Below the pieces are notes generated by a model. The model ran no database searches. It worked only from the letters and a program-made list of their open reading frames with translations, and was not told where the DNA came from. A stretch of DNA of 64,000 nt from Leidyana gryllorum EB-2025a (taxonomy: Eukaryota > Protista > Apicomplexa), in contig JBLWGC010000104.1 of the NCBI GenBank assembly GCA_048772705.1, forward strand, positions 248,001 to 312,000, given 5' to 3'. Of the stretch, positions 10,993 through 24,142 are shown in pieces. The translations under genes and the position numbers were made by a program. Positions within the stretch are counted from its first letter, which is position 1, and each line of letters begins with the position of its first letter.

Positions 10993-13900
10993 TCAGGATC
11001 GATTATTGGGGAATGGTACGAGTGGGTGCGCGTAATAGCTGATTAGATGTGGCGCACAAAAGTTGCGATTATCCAGCACTCGCTCGACTCTGTCGGTGAT
11101 GGTGGTCCCTCGACCAGGCGATCCACCCATCTTGTTGTCTTCGAGTTCGGGGAGATCCATACGGTTTGACAGGAGTCCATCTTCCATCATGGAATCCACC
11201 AGGAGTTTGACTTCACACCTATCGAGGAACGGCAGGCGAGAGTTGATGTTTGATATTGTGAGTCCCGGATTCTCTCGGAGAGTGACGAGGACCCGGCTCA
11301 CCAAGACACTGACCAATGGTACATTGCATCGTCCGTCGAGGCGTGTCCACGTCCTGACAGCCACGCGCGTTAGTCCCAGATACTTTGTGACCTTATATAG
11401 TTCTGCGTCTGTTCCCTCTACGATCCCATTGTGCACGAAACTGGCCCTTAGATCAGCGAACGCCATTTGTACTTGGGCCAAAGTCTCAAGGAGTACAGCG
11501 TCGCGATGCAACAATTTGATCATTGCTCCACGTCCCTCTGCACTCAGAGCTTTGCCGGGCAAAACAGCCAGATTTGTTGCTATCATCCCAGGGGCAGTTC
11601 TCTCACTACTCCAGAATCGCCGAGGTACAAACGGAGGCCGGTACAGGTGGTCTGTCAAGGGATACAATGCCTCCTCATCGGGTAGCGAGCAGGAGTCGTC
11701 CTTGGCGATCTGAGCCAGCAGATCCTCTATTGCGGGGTCACTCAGCCTTTTGGCCAGACTACCCTCTATCAAACTGGTGATCAACGGGGTCTTCCGAACT
11801 TGTCTGACTTCCACTGTCCAGGGAACAGCATGTTGGGGTACCAACAACCGCCAGTCACATATAGCGGGAAGCCGTACTAATGCCCTCATAGCACACAATG
11901 CTTCCACGGCGATGTCGAAGGCTTCATGCAGAGCCGTATGCATCCGTTCAGCTCCTCGAGCGTTCGCAGACACACCATCGTTCATTTCATCATCTGCCGA
12001 AGAGACAGTGGTGATTCTGAACTCTGAGCAGAAATCCTTCGACAAGTCCAACTCGAATTCGCCCCCACAACCGGCAAAGTACACTCTCCGATGAATCCAC
12101 ACCATTGCTGTGATGAACATTTCTGGTTCCTCAATGGCTCGCACTGGTGGGCACAGCATTTGTAGTTTGTTGAAGAAGTCCTCAGCTTCCAATCGGGAAG
12201 TCCCCTCACCCATAACATAGTAATCCGGTTCGTACATTCGCTCCATCATCTCCGCGTAAGGGCTGTCGCGGAAATATCCCCTGAACACATTCCGTCTCGG
12301 ATCACCACTAGCAGCCTGAGAGCCTTTCTTCTGGTTCTGGGCTGACGCCTCACTCGTCACTCGGCGGGTGAAGGCGTTGCGACCGCGTCTGATCGACCCA
12401 CACATCAGTTCTTGCAGCTCGGTCTCATACAGCTGTCTCCTTTGCTCAGCAGACCAGTCGTTCTCCAAGTCGTCTTCGAACTCCAGCTGACGCTCTATTC
12501 TCATATGAGACTCCAACGCCTCAACAGAGGACAGAACTTTAGTGTCGTGTAGAGTCGCTGGTAGAAGCCAGGGGTCCAGAGAAGCGACGACATTACTCTT
12601 TGTTGCCACACCGCCGAGCAAAACTCCGCAAATCCCGGTACTCAACGATGTCACCGACACCAATGGTATAGTTGCGATTTCACGAGCCTCGTCGACATCG
12701 GGCCGCGGAATCAGACGCCACTGCAGTCTCTTAAAGTCGGGAACGTTTGGAGTCAACTTTCGAATATGTAACTCCACACCCGACCCTCCTTTTCCGACGG
12801 GGAATAACCGGCGGTGAGCGCTCTTCTTTGGCCGTTCCTCATCTTCTTCATCCCCATCTTCGTCCTCATCCTCCAATTCATCCTCCAATTCATCCTCCTC
12901 AACATCGTCATCTTCATCATCGAACGACTCTGCGCAACTCGACAACAGACCCTTTCCGTCTTCTTCCATCTCAGCCGCCGCTTTTTGCGATCCGTTGTCA
13001 TCTTCAGCCATATTCTGATCGCTGTCAAAGGTCGAAGCCGCAAAAGCAGTCGCCGTGTTACCAAACGCGCCCTCAACTGTCGTCGTCGTCGGCAAATCGA
13101 CGTGATGAGTCGTTAGCCACCTTTGTCCAGATCTATGCCGCTGTCCATTCAGACCGTAACATGGATTCTCGGGAGTCCCGGAACCCCCTTTAGCGGCCGT
13201 TCGGGGAGAAGGATCCCCCATCCCTGACTCATCTCCAACCGCGGAGGACACAGTGTCGAGAAGCATATCTCGCATATTGGTATAGTGATTCTCGAGAGAC
13301 TCTTCAACTTCTTCGTCTTCGTCGTCTTCGTCTCTCGAGGCTCCCCAGGGGTCAGGGAGAGCGGGGAATTTATGGGGACCTTTGTCGCCTATCTTTTGCC
13401 AGACGATCCCAATTTCGATCTCGTCAACCGCCAACGCCTCCAGAACTGCCCCCGCCGATGCCGCCGGCACACCGCGAACTTGCAGAGGCCGAAGTTTCGG
13501 TTCGGCTGCACAACGTCTGATTGTATTCAAACGCTCACAGTTCGATAAGAGATCGTGTGCGAGATTCCACTCTCGGACACGACCGAACATGTGGACTTGG
13601 AACTGTCGAGCGAGATTATTGCGCCGTTTACACAGAATGTCCCAGAAATGAACGTGGGCCCCCGCCCCGATGGCCTGAGTCGCCGATTGTGTGTCGCCAG
13701 CGTGTTCTGAGAAGGATTTGGTGGTTGCACGCTCGATCGACAGCGACAGAGAGCGTTTCGCTGTCACAGTCCAATTGAGCCTATTCCAATACTTGAAGAT
13801 ACTTTCGACAATCTCTCGGCGGGAACGAACGACTTCAACACCCCACTGTGGCCGATAGCGGCTGTAAGGAGTGAGCAGTATACTTTTGACCAAAGGCCGA

Positions 13901-16900
13901 GTGAAGGTGACCTGGAGAAGGACATTTACATCCGGAGTGAACGACATGGGCGCTGCCGGGATGCTGATGCGAGTTATCTCCGCCTGATGGAATTCTCGAA
14001 TGAAAGATCGCAGCGGTAAGTGGAAGTTCAGCAGTGCTTCTCGCAAAGCTGTTCCACTCAGTTTCCGGTAAGTGGTGAGTAATCGAGCGTTCAGAGAGTT
14101 TGTGTACCGATGGAGGCAGTTGAGTACCGTCCAATACGCGGCTGCGGGTGGAAAGCTCTGAGACATGTGGAGATATGCGTACAGCTGCCACAGACGATCG
14201 GTCAGAGGGACAATGGAGGCACCTTGAATCTTCGCCATCACAGCCTCGATGTGGCGAGCAGCTTCTGGAGTGGGAGAGACGAATCCCTCCAAGGCTCTCA
14301 GGCGCTCAACCACAACGAGATAAGCGATGAGATGATATTCGTCGTCGCGTCTCGCGTCCTGAGCGAATCTTTTGAGATACTGTCGATCCGGCCGCGTTAA
14401 CCGTAGACTTGAGAACGCTTCGTGGATAGGAGTATTGACCTCAGGTCTCGCAGCCCCGAAATATGCTCGCTGACTCGTCATTTTGGCTCCATCGAGTGCC
14501 GTTTTGCTGACATCGGCTGCCGTGGTATTCGTAGCTCCTTTTGTAGAGAGCACCGACACAACCTCTTCGTCGTCGCTGCTCAAAAGGGACAATTGGGCCA
14601 CCAGCTGTGCCTCAGTCTCGCTGAGTTGCCGCTGCCATTCCGCTACGGGAATGTTTTGAGCCGTACCCGCGAACAGAAATCGATCTTCTTTTCGCCCGTG
14701 TTCGATACTTCCAGTCGCTGGTGCGTTTCGACTCGGAAAAGCTGAATTGGACTGAATCGTGTTGGCTTCTTCCTCCATCCACTGCGCGTATCGACTCGCC
14801 TTGCCGAGGCCTCGTTTGATTCCAGACATGTCACGACGCGGCCGACCACTTATCATACTGGTCGTCGACATCACCGAAGACGAGGTGGCAACCCGTCCTC
14901 CAGCGTCTCGTGTGTATGTTTCGTCTCCTTCGTCGCTCGACAGAGCTTCGTTCATTGACACTGTACTCAACAGTTTGGAGACATGTCTCTCGAAACTGGT
15001 GAGATCGTCTTTGCCGCCCGTACCCGGAGCCAAATTGACATTTCCGTTCCGTTCACCGCCACCTCCCGCATTGCCCTCATAGTCTCCATGAAAGCTCAAC
15101 GAGGTCACCTCTTCGGCGCCATAGGCTTTGCGACGGCGTTTTCTCCGATGGGGTTCGGTGAGACGGCGGCGTTTGCGTTTCTCCATTTCGGCCGGAAGAA
15201 CATAAAAGGACTCTTCTGGCAACGGGGTGCGGTGCTGTCCCTCATAGTGGCTTCGGATTGATGGCTGCTGACTGAACAGCTCTCCACATATGTGGCATCG
15301 ATAGCGGAGATCGCGACTTGTGTGTAACGCTATGGCCCCATCAGCCCCTCGAACGAGACTGAACAACTTTTTTGAACCAGCGGTGCTGAAGTATCGGTTC
15401 AGATAACGGATGACTGAATGGGTATCGAGCTTCAGTTGACGAGCGAGGTGCTGAATTTCAGCATGTTGAGGATTCAAGATGCAAACGTCGTTAGTCGTCT
15501 CGCGTGCCTTCATCCTCTCACTCTGTTCCACAATCCGATTCGCGAACCCGTTCAATGTCTCTCGAGCAGCCAATGAGATCACAACTGCGGGTTTCCAGTT
15601 CTTTTTGCTGAAAGCTTCTTTGAGGTCCAAGTTGGATGGATAATGACTGATGACTCGACTGGATCCCCTTTTTCCGCTTCCGATGGTGCCATGTCGATGA
15701 TCGCGCCCGTGACGACGGACCCACTCTTCTGTTTGGACTCTCAATTGATTCCAGAATCGTCGACGATCACTGTCGGAGAACATATCCAACATTGGGAATT
15801 CCACTCCCTCCTCGAGCTCTCCCCCTTCCAGTCGAAACACCTGAGCAACGTCTTTCACGAGCCAGAATTTCCGAACTGGACCATCTGCATCCTCCGGTTG
15901 CCTTAGAGACCGCTGCTCGACGAGTCCCAATCTGTATAGTTTGTCCAGCATTCGATTGACACTCAGAACTGCCGTTCGACGCATTGCCGGGTTCGCACAC
16001 CCCCCGGCAGCAGTGTGGTTGCCTGTCGGACTGTTCTCGTTCACCACCATATTCAACAACTGGGCTTGACGAGTTCCCCGGTACCCTCGACCGGGAGTCT
16101 CCATGAGCCTTACATAGACGTCTGCGGGCAAATCTTTCATTCGCTGAGGACCCGGAGAGGGCTGTGGAGTCTCATCCCCGGCTCGAGGAGTACTTCCATG
16201 CAGATAGGCCTCGAGGTACGCATCACGGTACCCATAGCCTACCAGTCTCAAGAAGACGTCTAAAGACATTGCATCAATGATTTCGATTGTGGGGATGTAA
16301 TAGGACTTGTAGGTCCCTCCATCGTGAAACGATAGCTTTGCGCGCTCAGTGGGGTCCTCGAGTCTTCGTTGCAGCAGATGAACCACGTGAGCGTGGAACA
16401 TTGCCAATCGAGTCATAACTGGGAAAGTGAACCCGTAGTGAGCCAAAAGAGACTGACAGAACGGCTCTGAGCGGGTGACGCTCGACACCAACTGCCCTAA
16501 ACGAGGCTCCACATGGACATCACTCAGTATCATATGAGAGGCACTCGCTGGTGGGGCACAAGGCGGCAACGTGAGACTCCGGGGAGAGTTTGCTGCACTC
16601 TGCATCAGCCGTTTGCCGATATCCTCAATGGCACCTGCCTTTCGTTGACTCTCCGAGTCACCTCGGCTCTGTGGAGGCAGAAGAATTATTGTGAGAAGTA
16701 AAGAAGGATGTCTTACCTTTATGGCCAAACTGAGTTCTCTGAGCTCTGTGGTGCGACGGAGAGCCTCCTTGCAGGCCTCTGATCGTTTTTCCGAGAGATC
16801 TTTGCGAACAATCTCGGCAGCTTCATCTCCGTCACGGCACTTTGTCTTGTCATAGTAGAAGAGCAGCTCTTGGGTACCCTTGGATCCCACACTGAGGCGG

Positions 16901-18710
16901 CCTTGAGCGATCTGAGGGTCGTTTTCAAGAGCAAATTCTGCGAGACGCAGAATAGTCTTCCGATCGGGACCGTTGACAGTATTTTCCATCTCAGCGAATC
17001 GGCGAGAAAGCGCGGGGATCATACACACACCCATCTCTTTGACCCACATACGGAAACAATGGAGTCGATGGTAGAACTGTTTGGTGAGTATTTTGCCCGG
17101 TGCTCCTCGTCCATCAGTGACTGGAACTTTGGAAGGCTTAACTTTGATGGAAATGGCCTCTTGTTTAACTTGGACAGGGGCTCCGATATAGTAACGGTAC
17201 ATGAAGAATTTGCCATGGCGTTGAGCCTCTTTGTGAACAATCTTTTGGGATTCCATTGACAGAAGGATTTTACTGAGCTTCTTGGTGGTGGTTCCCAGAA
17301 TTGTGGCCAAATCCGGAGTCACCAAACCGTTGTCTCCCACGGCAGCTAGAAGCTCGTACACTTGTGCCACAGTGGGCAGTTGTCGCAAAGGGTTAGATGT
17401 CGGGTCCCGTTCGGAGATCCCTGCAGCCTCGGTATCATCCTCGTCTTCGGGTTCAATTGGCCTCGAGGGAGACTCCACTGCAGTGAAAACCTTTTCCCCC
17501 AAAGGATTAACATTGAGGAAGGATTCAAGTTTGCCGGGAGTGAGATCAGTCATTGTCACATCCTCTGTGGCCTCTTCGTCAATCTCATCTTCATCATTGT
17601 CCTCGGCTTCGCCAACGATAGTGACTTTTTTCAACAGATTCTGAGTCGTCGTCTCGTCTCCGTTGTCGTGCAGCAGGATGCAGAGCTCCAGCTTACCCGT
17701 GGCGGGACACCAGGCCCTCACCCGACGGATCAGACCCTGGAGGGTCAGTTCGCGTCGCATTCGGAGGTAGAAGCGGGAGACCGTCTTGGGAGAACACAAG
17801 AACGATCCCTGACGATCGCTGGAGACAAAGAAAGTTAGAAAGTAGGCTCGGAAGTCGCGTTCAAGCAGAATTCCATTGGGTTGAGCAGCCAGGAGACTGG
17901 TGACTGCAGTGCGAAAGGGATCCACCTGTTGTGTCATATAGATCTGAACGAGTTCTCGAGGTATCCGAGCGATATCAAAGAACCGCTTCAGCCAAATAAC
18001 CCCAGAACTCGACAGTTGGGACGAAGGCGGAACCTTTCGAAACTGTCCGGCAGCTGTCTCGCGCGCGTTCCACTCCGATCGCTTGAGTCCTTGTGGTAGG
18101 ACCAGACTGAGACGAACTACTAATTCATAGCGATAGAGAGGCTTCAAGTGCTGAAAAACCGTCTTTGGGTCCAAATTCAAGTCCTTAGCCAATGCATACT
18201 GCCAGTAACCTGCAAGGACGAGAGGGAGACATGAAGATTTAGCCCACACAGATGATTATTTGAACCCGTGTGCGAGCAGCGCTCGCCCGGTTCGAGACTT
18301 TTCTACTCACCTTGATATCGGTTCCGAGCAATGGCCAGCAGCATTTTCATTCGTGGGGCGCTGGTGAGTAAGTCTGGATATTGCCATATATTGAGGAGAG
18401 AGACTATAAAAGCCGCAGATAGTCGGAAGTGATGCTGGGGAGAGGGGAAACCAGATCGTTTGGTCGGAGAGAGAGTAGATTTGTCCAGACTGCGCTTCTC
18501 GGGATCATCGAGATCAAATACAGATACTTCGGGATGAGCCAAAAGTTCACTCAAGCACCAGGCTTGCCAATCTGAAGATGAATATATTTGGGCCTGAGTC
18601 TCATTACGAGCGGTCATAAGCGCCGGTATATTGTCAAATGGGGTGCCATCGAGTCCTTCATACGCGATCTCTTCCAGAACATCTCCTATACGGAGCTGAA
18701 GGTCTGGCAT
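10993..18710 (-). CDS. GTF3C1: TFIIIC largest (B-box-binding) subunit, Tfc3/Sfc3/GTF3C1-like, ~2500 aa
   Basis: N-terminus VLEEIAYEGLDG resembles GTF3C1 LLDEVALEGLDG. After intron 18210-18310 the sequence reads LLAIARNRYQGYWQYALAKDLNLDPKTVFQHLKPL, a B-block winged helix. Further WH-like segments and a C-terminal WH (LRENPGLT...LLVDSMMEDGLL). Confidence 0.8.
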
Positions 18711-18736
18711 TGGGACAAAAAAATTTGCAATGCTTG

Positions 18737-20176
18737 ATGGGAGATCAGCTAACCAGCAGCTTCAAGGAATGGTCCTGGCGCCGTCCGTTATTGGGAGATG
18801 TCGCAGACCCGAATAAATCTGTCGGGGCAGATGCCGATCGAACACCAACATTTCGACCGAGTATTGGATCACCCCCACCCTCCATAGATCAAGAGAACGA
18901 CACTCCCGGCGGTAGCATCAGTGAGGGCGGTACCAAAAATGTCCCCCTCAATACCAGACAGAGCCATCGCCTGCCGCCTTTATCGACTAAGCCTCCCGGC
19001 TCTGTCTATGCCATAAGAGAGGAAGAAGATGCGCAGACCGTCTTGCGAACTCACACTCTTGAACGCCGTCGCGCTGATCTCGAACGTCGGCTACAAGAGA
19101 TCACTGCTCAGAACCAACAGTTACACGGGCGGATAGTGGAACTCGAGGCGGCTCTCTGTAACAATCAGTCAATGTCCTCATTAGACGTTCGGATCAATGC
19201 GGAAGCCGAGTTCCAAAATAAGCTCACTGCCATCACGGAACAGTATGAAGATCGCGTCTGGGAACGGGATACCAAATTAGCCGAAGCCGAAGAAATCATT
19301 TTGGCCAAAGATGCCGAAGCCAAGAGATACTTACAGTACAGCTGCGAACTTCAGGCAGCGCTCGGTACCGCTAATCAGACAATAGCTCAAATGGAAATGA
19401 TAAGGATGTCTGCGACACCCATTGGCATTCAGGTTGAGAACAATTGCGTCTCGGTAGAACGAGGCACCGATCCCATTGAGAACCATAAGCCCTACGTCTG
19501 TCAGCACTTCCGCATACGAGAAGAAGGAGTCGGTCACCGAAGTCTCCGCTTCAAAAAGACATTGACTCAAAGTCTTGCAGTGCGTCCGGCACCTTCTCCC
19601 AAGCGTATCTATACCACAAACTGTGCAATTGATCTCTTTGTCCGCCCCACTCCCACTATACCTGAAGTCACCTCCCAGAAACCTCCGCTGCCGTCGCTAC
19701 CGACCAAGCGCAGTGCCAGGGTGCCAGTACCCCAAACGCCTGTGTACTCCTCCTCCTCAGGAGGATCGGTCTCGTCGTCTGAACACAGTGCCGAGGACCA
19801 CAAGAACTTTAGAGAGCGCAGCAGCAATCTCAGTCGGCGAATTGTCCCACGCCCAGTGACCACCACCACGGTCCGATCACCCAGTGTGACTCCTCTATTG
19901 GAGAGACGTCGATCTGCTTCACTGCTGCATCGACCCGTGTCCCTCACAGCTCGGAGAACAGCCCTCCCACCAGCTCGTCCACCGCCTCCCAGTGTCCCTG
20001 TGATGATAGGAGCACCACCCCCCGCCCCTCCCAGTACATTGCTGCGACCATTTGCCAGTAGAGAGGTCCCATTGGTGGGCTCAGCAGCCCGCGCAATCCA
20101 GAGTCGTATTCTCAGTGAAGATGAAATCGTAGCACGACTACAGGGTGACCCTTTGAATCCAGCGTGGTACCGCTAA
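18737..20176 (+). CDS. Hypothetical protein with central coiled coil and Pro/Ser-rich C-terminus
   Basis: Long ORF with heptad-like LERRLQEITAQNQQLHGRIVELEAAL. First plausible non-overlapping ATG is 18737. Confidence 0.7.
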   Translation: MGDQLTSSFKEWSWRRPLLGDVADPNKSVGADADRTPTFRPSIGSPPPSIDQENDTPGGSISEGGTKNVPLNTRQSHRLPPLSTKPPGSVYAIREEEDAQTVLRTHTLERRRADLERRLQEITAQNQQLHGRIVELEAALCNNQSMSSLDVRINAEAEFQNKLTAITEQYEDRVWERDTKLAEAEEIILAKDAEAKRYLQYSCELQAALGTANQTIAQMEMIRMSATPIGIQVENNCVSVERGTDPIENHKPYVCQHFRIREEGVGHRSLRFKKTLTQSLAVRPAPSPKRIYTTNCAIDLFVRPTPTIPEVTSQKPPLPSLPTKRSARVPVPQTPVYSSSSGGSVSSSEHSAEDHKNFRERSSNLSRRIVPRPVTTTTVRSPSVTPLLERRRSASLLHRPVSLTARRTALPPARPPPPSVPVMIGAPPPAPPSTLLRPFASREVPLVGSAARAIQSRILSEDEIVARLQGDPLNPAWYR

Positions 20177-20263
20177 CCACCCCAGATATTATTTGCAATA
20201 TAGTTAGGTGTCCAAACCATTCTTAGTGACTGACTGATTTCCGCTCTCACTGATCCTACTAAA

Positions 20264-21059
20264 ATGCCAGAGATTGCCTCACCAGCCGCCTTCACCCTGC
20301 GCCCCCCTGCGATCTCAACAATGGGTAAGAAGAGTTGACTGATTGACTGACTGTCTTCTGTCCACTCAAAATGGTCTCCAGTTGATGACAAGTGGGCCTC
20401 ATGGAAGATTATGGAGCGCATCCGCAACGATGGGCCTCCCAGCGAGCTCATCAAAGCCGCTGAGGAGGACGTTCGTGCAGTTCGATGCGTCAATGGTACC
20501 CGACTGATGTTTTTCTTCCGACATATTCCCACGGGAGAGGTTAAAGAGCTCCGGGAACAACTCGCTATTACACGCATGGGCACTGGAGTGCACCAAAGAG
20601 TCTATTCTAATGGCAGTGTGCCCGAGCGCCAGAAACTATTGAATTCCATGAGGGAAGCCTTCATGGAAACTCAGGTTAATACGCCTGGTAAGTCGCCAAG
20701 GAGACACACGCGTGTGGTGTTATGATCGTCATCTCCTTCGTCCGGCAGAACTGATTTTGGATGACAACTCGCCACCCAGAGCTATTTGGGATTATTTGGC
20801 CCACATAGTCGACAACAATGACAACATCGTGGATGACAAACATCCCTTGGAGTCGCGCATGATGGAATGCGCATTTAACGACGGAACCACGCTCAAGTTT
20901 GAGTATCAGGATTTGAGTCCCAAAGAAGCCTCAACACGATTCAGGAAAGAGAACGTTCGCATTCGCAATGCTGATGGAGTTATCCTTCGACACGGTGCTG
21001 GCGGGGTTGCAACGCCTGTTTGCGACGTGCTCCAACAGTTTGCTGAGCGAGTGCTCTAG
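20264..21059 (+). CDS. Hypothetical protein, 3 exons
   Basis: ATG 20264. GTAAG donors at ~20324 and ~20688 with CAG acceptors join ORFs 20411..20725 and 20712..21059. Confidence 0.55.
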
Positions 21060-21102
21060 GCCTAGTGGCCGGTTAAGTTATTAATCCCGTATTTTTTACA
21101 CC

Positions 21103-24100
21103 ATGTTGAACGTACTCATGGTGGCTGAAAAGCCCTCCATTGCGGAGAGTATTAGCAAAGCTCTCGGGAGCGACTACAACAAGACCCATCGGGTGAGGAA
21201 ACTAATAGAGCTGTAGTCGTGATATTCCGGCTGACGAGCAGACTTCCAGTGCTGCTCCTATCTATGAGTACAAGGGACAATTTCTAGGTAGAGGTAGGCT
21301 CCCACAAAAGCACTGAGGACGCGCACACACACATACGTACCTAAGACGCCCGCTACAAAGTCACATCGACGACTGGACACGTCTTCACGACTGACTTTTC
21401 GGGGCATTACAACAACTGGGAAGCGGTGGATCCAACCGAACTCTTTGATGCTCCAATTGCTACCAAGGAGGCCAACTCAAAGGTGACGAGAGGGTGTGAT
21501 CCTTCCCCGCTACTCTGTGCAGACTCGCATTGCTCAACACATTGCGAATGAAGCGAAAGGAGTGGACGTTCTGGTGTTATGGCTGGATTGCGATAGAGAA
21601 GGAGAGAACATCTGTTTTGAAGTGATGAGTCTGGCGTGTCCGAAGATGAATAAGTCAGGCCAGAATCTTTGCAAACAGACTGGAAGAGGCGTCCCTCCTA
21701 ATGTCTTCCGCGTCCGGTTCTCATCGCTTGTTGCGAGCGACCTACGAAAGTAAGCATTGAGAGAGTAACGATCAATCTTCTCTCCTTCTGACTCTAGAGC
21801 CTTTCACAACAGTTTGAGTATTCCGAACATTTGCGAAAGTGAATCTGTCGATGCTCGTCAGGAAATGGATTTGAAGATTGGAGTCGCCTTCACTCGATTT
21901 CTGACAAAGTACTTCCTGGTGAGTGGTCAACTTGTGGTGACAAATTGTCTGTCAGAATCGGTATGGCGATCTCGACTCCAATCTGATCAGCTATGGTCCC
22001 TGCCAATTGCCCACTCTGTGGTTCTGTGTAAATCAGAAAGAGGCCCACGAGCGCTTCGAGCCCGAAACTTTCCACACAGTGAGTCCACCATACCCACCAC
22101 ACCCTACAACTTGTTGATCTCAGCTGACAATGGTGATAAACGTGGGAGGGGCACAGCACTCTCTGACGTGGGATGGCGGTCCGATTTTCGACAGCAACGC
22201 TGCCAAGGTGATGAAGACGCAACTGGAGAAGGTCAAGTCCGTAACTTTGATCAGTCGAAAAACGACTCCACGAGGTGTAAAGCGACCTTTACCGCTCAAC
22301 ACGGTGGCATTGCTGAAATTGGCATCGGCGGTGTGCGGCATTGGGCCCCAACGGGCTATGCACGTTGCCGAACAACTGTATCTGCGGGGGCTCATAACAT
22401 ATCCAAGAACTGAGAGTACAGCATTCCCCAATGCCTATGATCTTCGAGGGACTTTTGAGATGCTAAAAGGATCGTACATTAGTGGTAATACTGCAAATCG
22501 TCTCGCCACCGAGGGCAAATTCGGAGACCCGAGACGCGGTCAAGATGCCGGAGACCATCCCCCCATTGCTCCCTGTGGTAAACCTTCACCGGGCAGTCTT
22601 GATGGTGACCAAGAGGCCATTTTTCGGCTCGTTGCCGAAGGGTTCCTGGCCACTTGTGCCGGAGACGCCAAATATGACGATACTAAACTGATCTGGCAAG
22701 CGCAGGTCGATCAGTCTGGCGCCGCTGTCCACACCCTCCAGCTGAAGAGCTCTGTCCTGCGAGAGCCTGGATTCATTGGCTTGAGTCAGAAAGTCCGGAC
22801 GAATGAGATTGACGGCTTGGGCGCAATGCAGATCGGTCAGACGGCTCAGGTTGTCACTGTGAAACTCGAAGCCGGACAAACCTCGCGCCCTCCCCTACTC
22901 TCCGAATCCTCTCTTTTGGGTCTAATGGAGAAGTATGGTATTGGGACAGACGCCTCGATGGCCACCCACGTTCAAAACATCATGGATCGACGATACGTCT
23001 CTCTGGCAGGGTCACATCGACAGTTGGATCCCACAAAATTGGGAAGTGCCCTCTGTAATGGTCTGATGCGTGTGGACCCCGAGTTGGTCCGACCTGTTGT
23101 GCGAGGTATCATTGAGAACCAATGTGCGTTGATCGCTAAGGGCAAGGCTGACAAGTCACAAGTTGTGCGACACGTCTTGAGTGAGTTCAAGATCAAATTC
23201 CAATATCTTCTGCGACGAATCAATGTCGTTGATACCTTGTTTGAGGTTTCATTCACAACCTTGTCTGAGTCCGGAAGTCCAATGACACGGTGCGGAACCT
23301 GCAAGCGATACCTTTCCTATGTCTCCAAGAAACCACAACGACTCGTCTGCAAGCATTGCGCAGTTGTCTTTAGATTGCCTTTGAACGCAGTGTCAGTTCG
23401 GGTGAGGAAGCCTCGAAGAGGTGAAAGTTTGAAATTCTTCTCAGGCTTGGTCCGACTATCGGTGTCCGTATGACCAGTTCGAAACCGTCCTCGTGGTCGA
23501 GCGCTCCGGCAAGGCATACTCCCTCTGTCCGATGTGCTATAATGACCCGCCCCAAGCTGGACTGATGAGTAAGGATGCCCGGAAGGCTTTCGTGTCTCGC
23601 ACACACGCGTTTCCATCTTCAGACCTCAATTGTTTGAACTGCCCACATGGCGACTGCGAGTTGGCGCCGGCTGTTAAGAAAATCGAGGACTGTTTCCAGG
23701 ATAATTGTAAGTCCGTTCTTTTAATGGTGGGGATCACGTGGGATCTCTTCGAATCGCAGGCTCCGGATACCTCTATGTGCAAGATTGGCCAGGGGTTGTG
23801 CCGGCCTTGGTGTGCTCACAATGCGATCTCATGGAACGATTCGACCAAACGAAAGTGAAAAGTGAGTTCACAAAGATACTGCATAGTTAACCTGTGTGCG
23901 CTCCCGCATCAGCCGTTTCGAAAGCTAAAAGATGGGCAACTTGCGAACAGTGTGGCTGGGCACTGGTGAAAGCCACGTTATCTAAAGCTAACCGTTTCGA
24001 GGATGGTACTGCAATCAAAACCGGATGTTTGGGCTGCGATGCTGAACTTTCGGGCTTGTTGGTGGCAGGGGGTGCTGGCCGTGGTATGAGGCGGCCTGGC

Positions 24101-24115
24101 GGCTTCCGAGGGTGA
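21103..24115 (+). CDS. TOP3B: DNA topoisomerase III beta, multi-exon
   Basis: VLMVAEKPSIA, LWLDCDREGENICFEV, DARQEMDLKIG, SYGPCQLP, catalytic ITYPRTES, DAGDHPPI and MEKYGIGTDASMATH. C-terminal Cys-pair zinc ribbons and an RG-rich tail typical of Top3beta. Confidence 0.95.
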
Positions 24116-24142
24116 GTAAACGCTTTGGCTGACACTACGACT

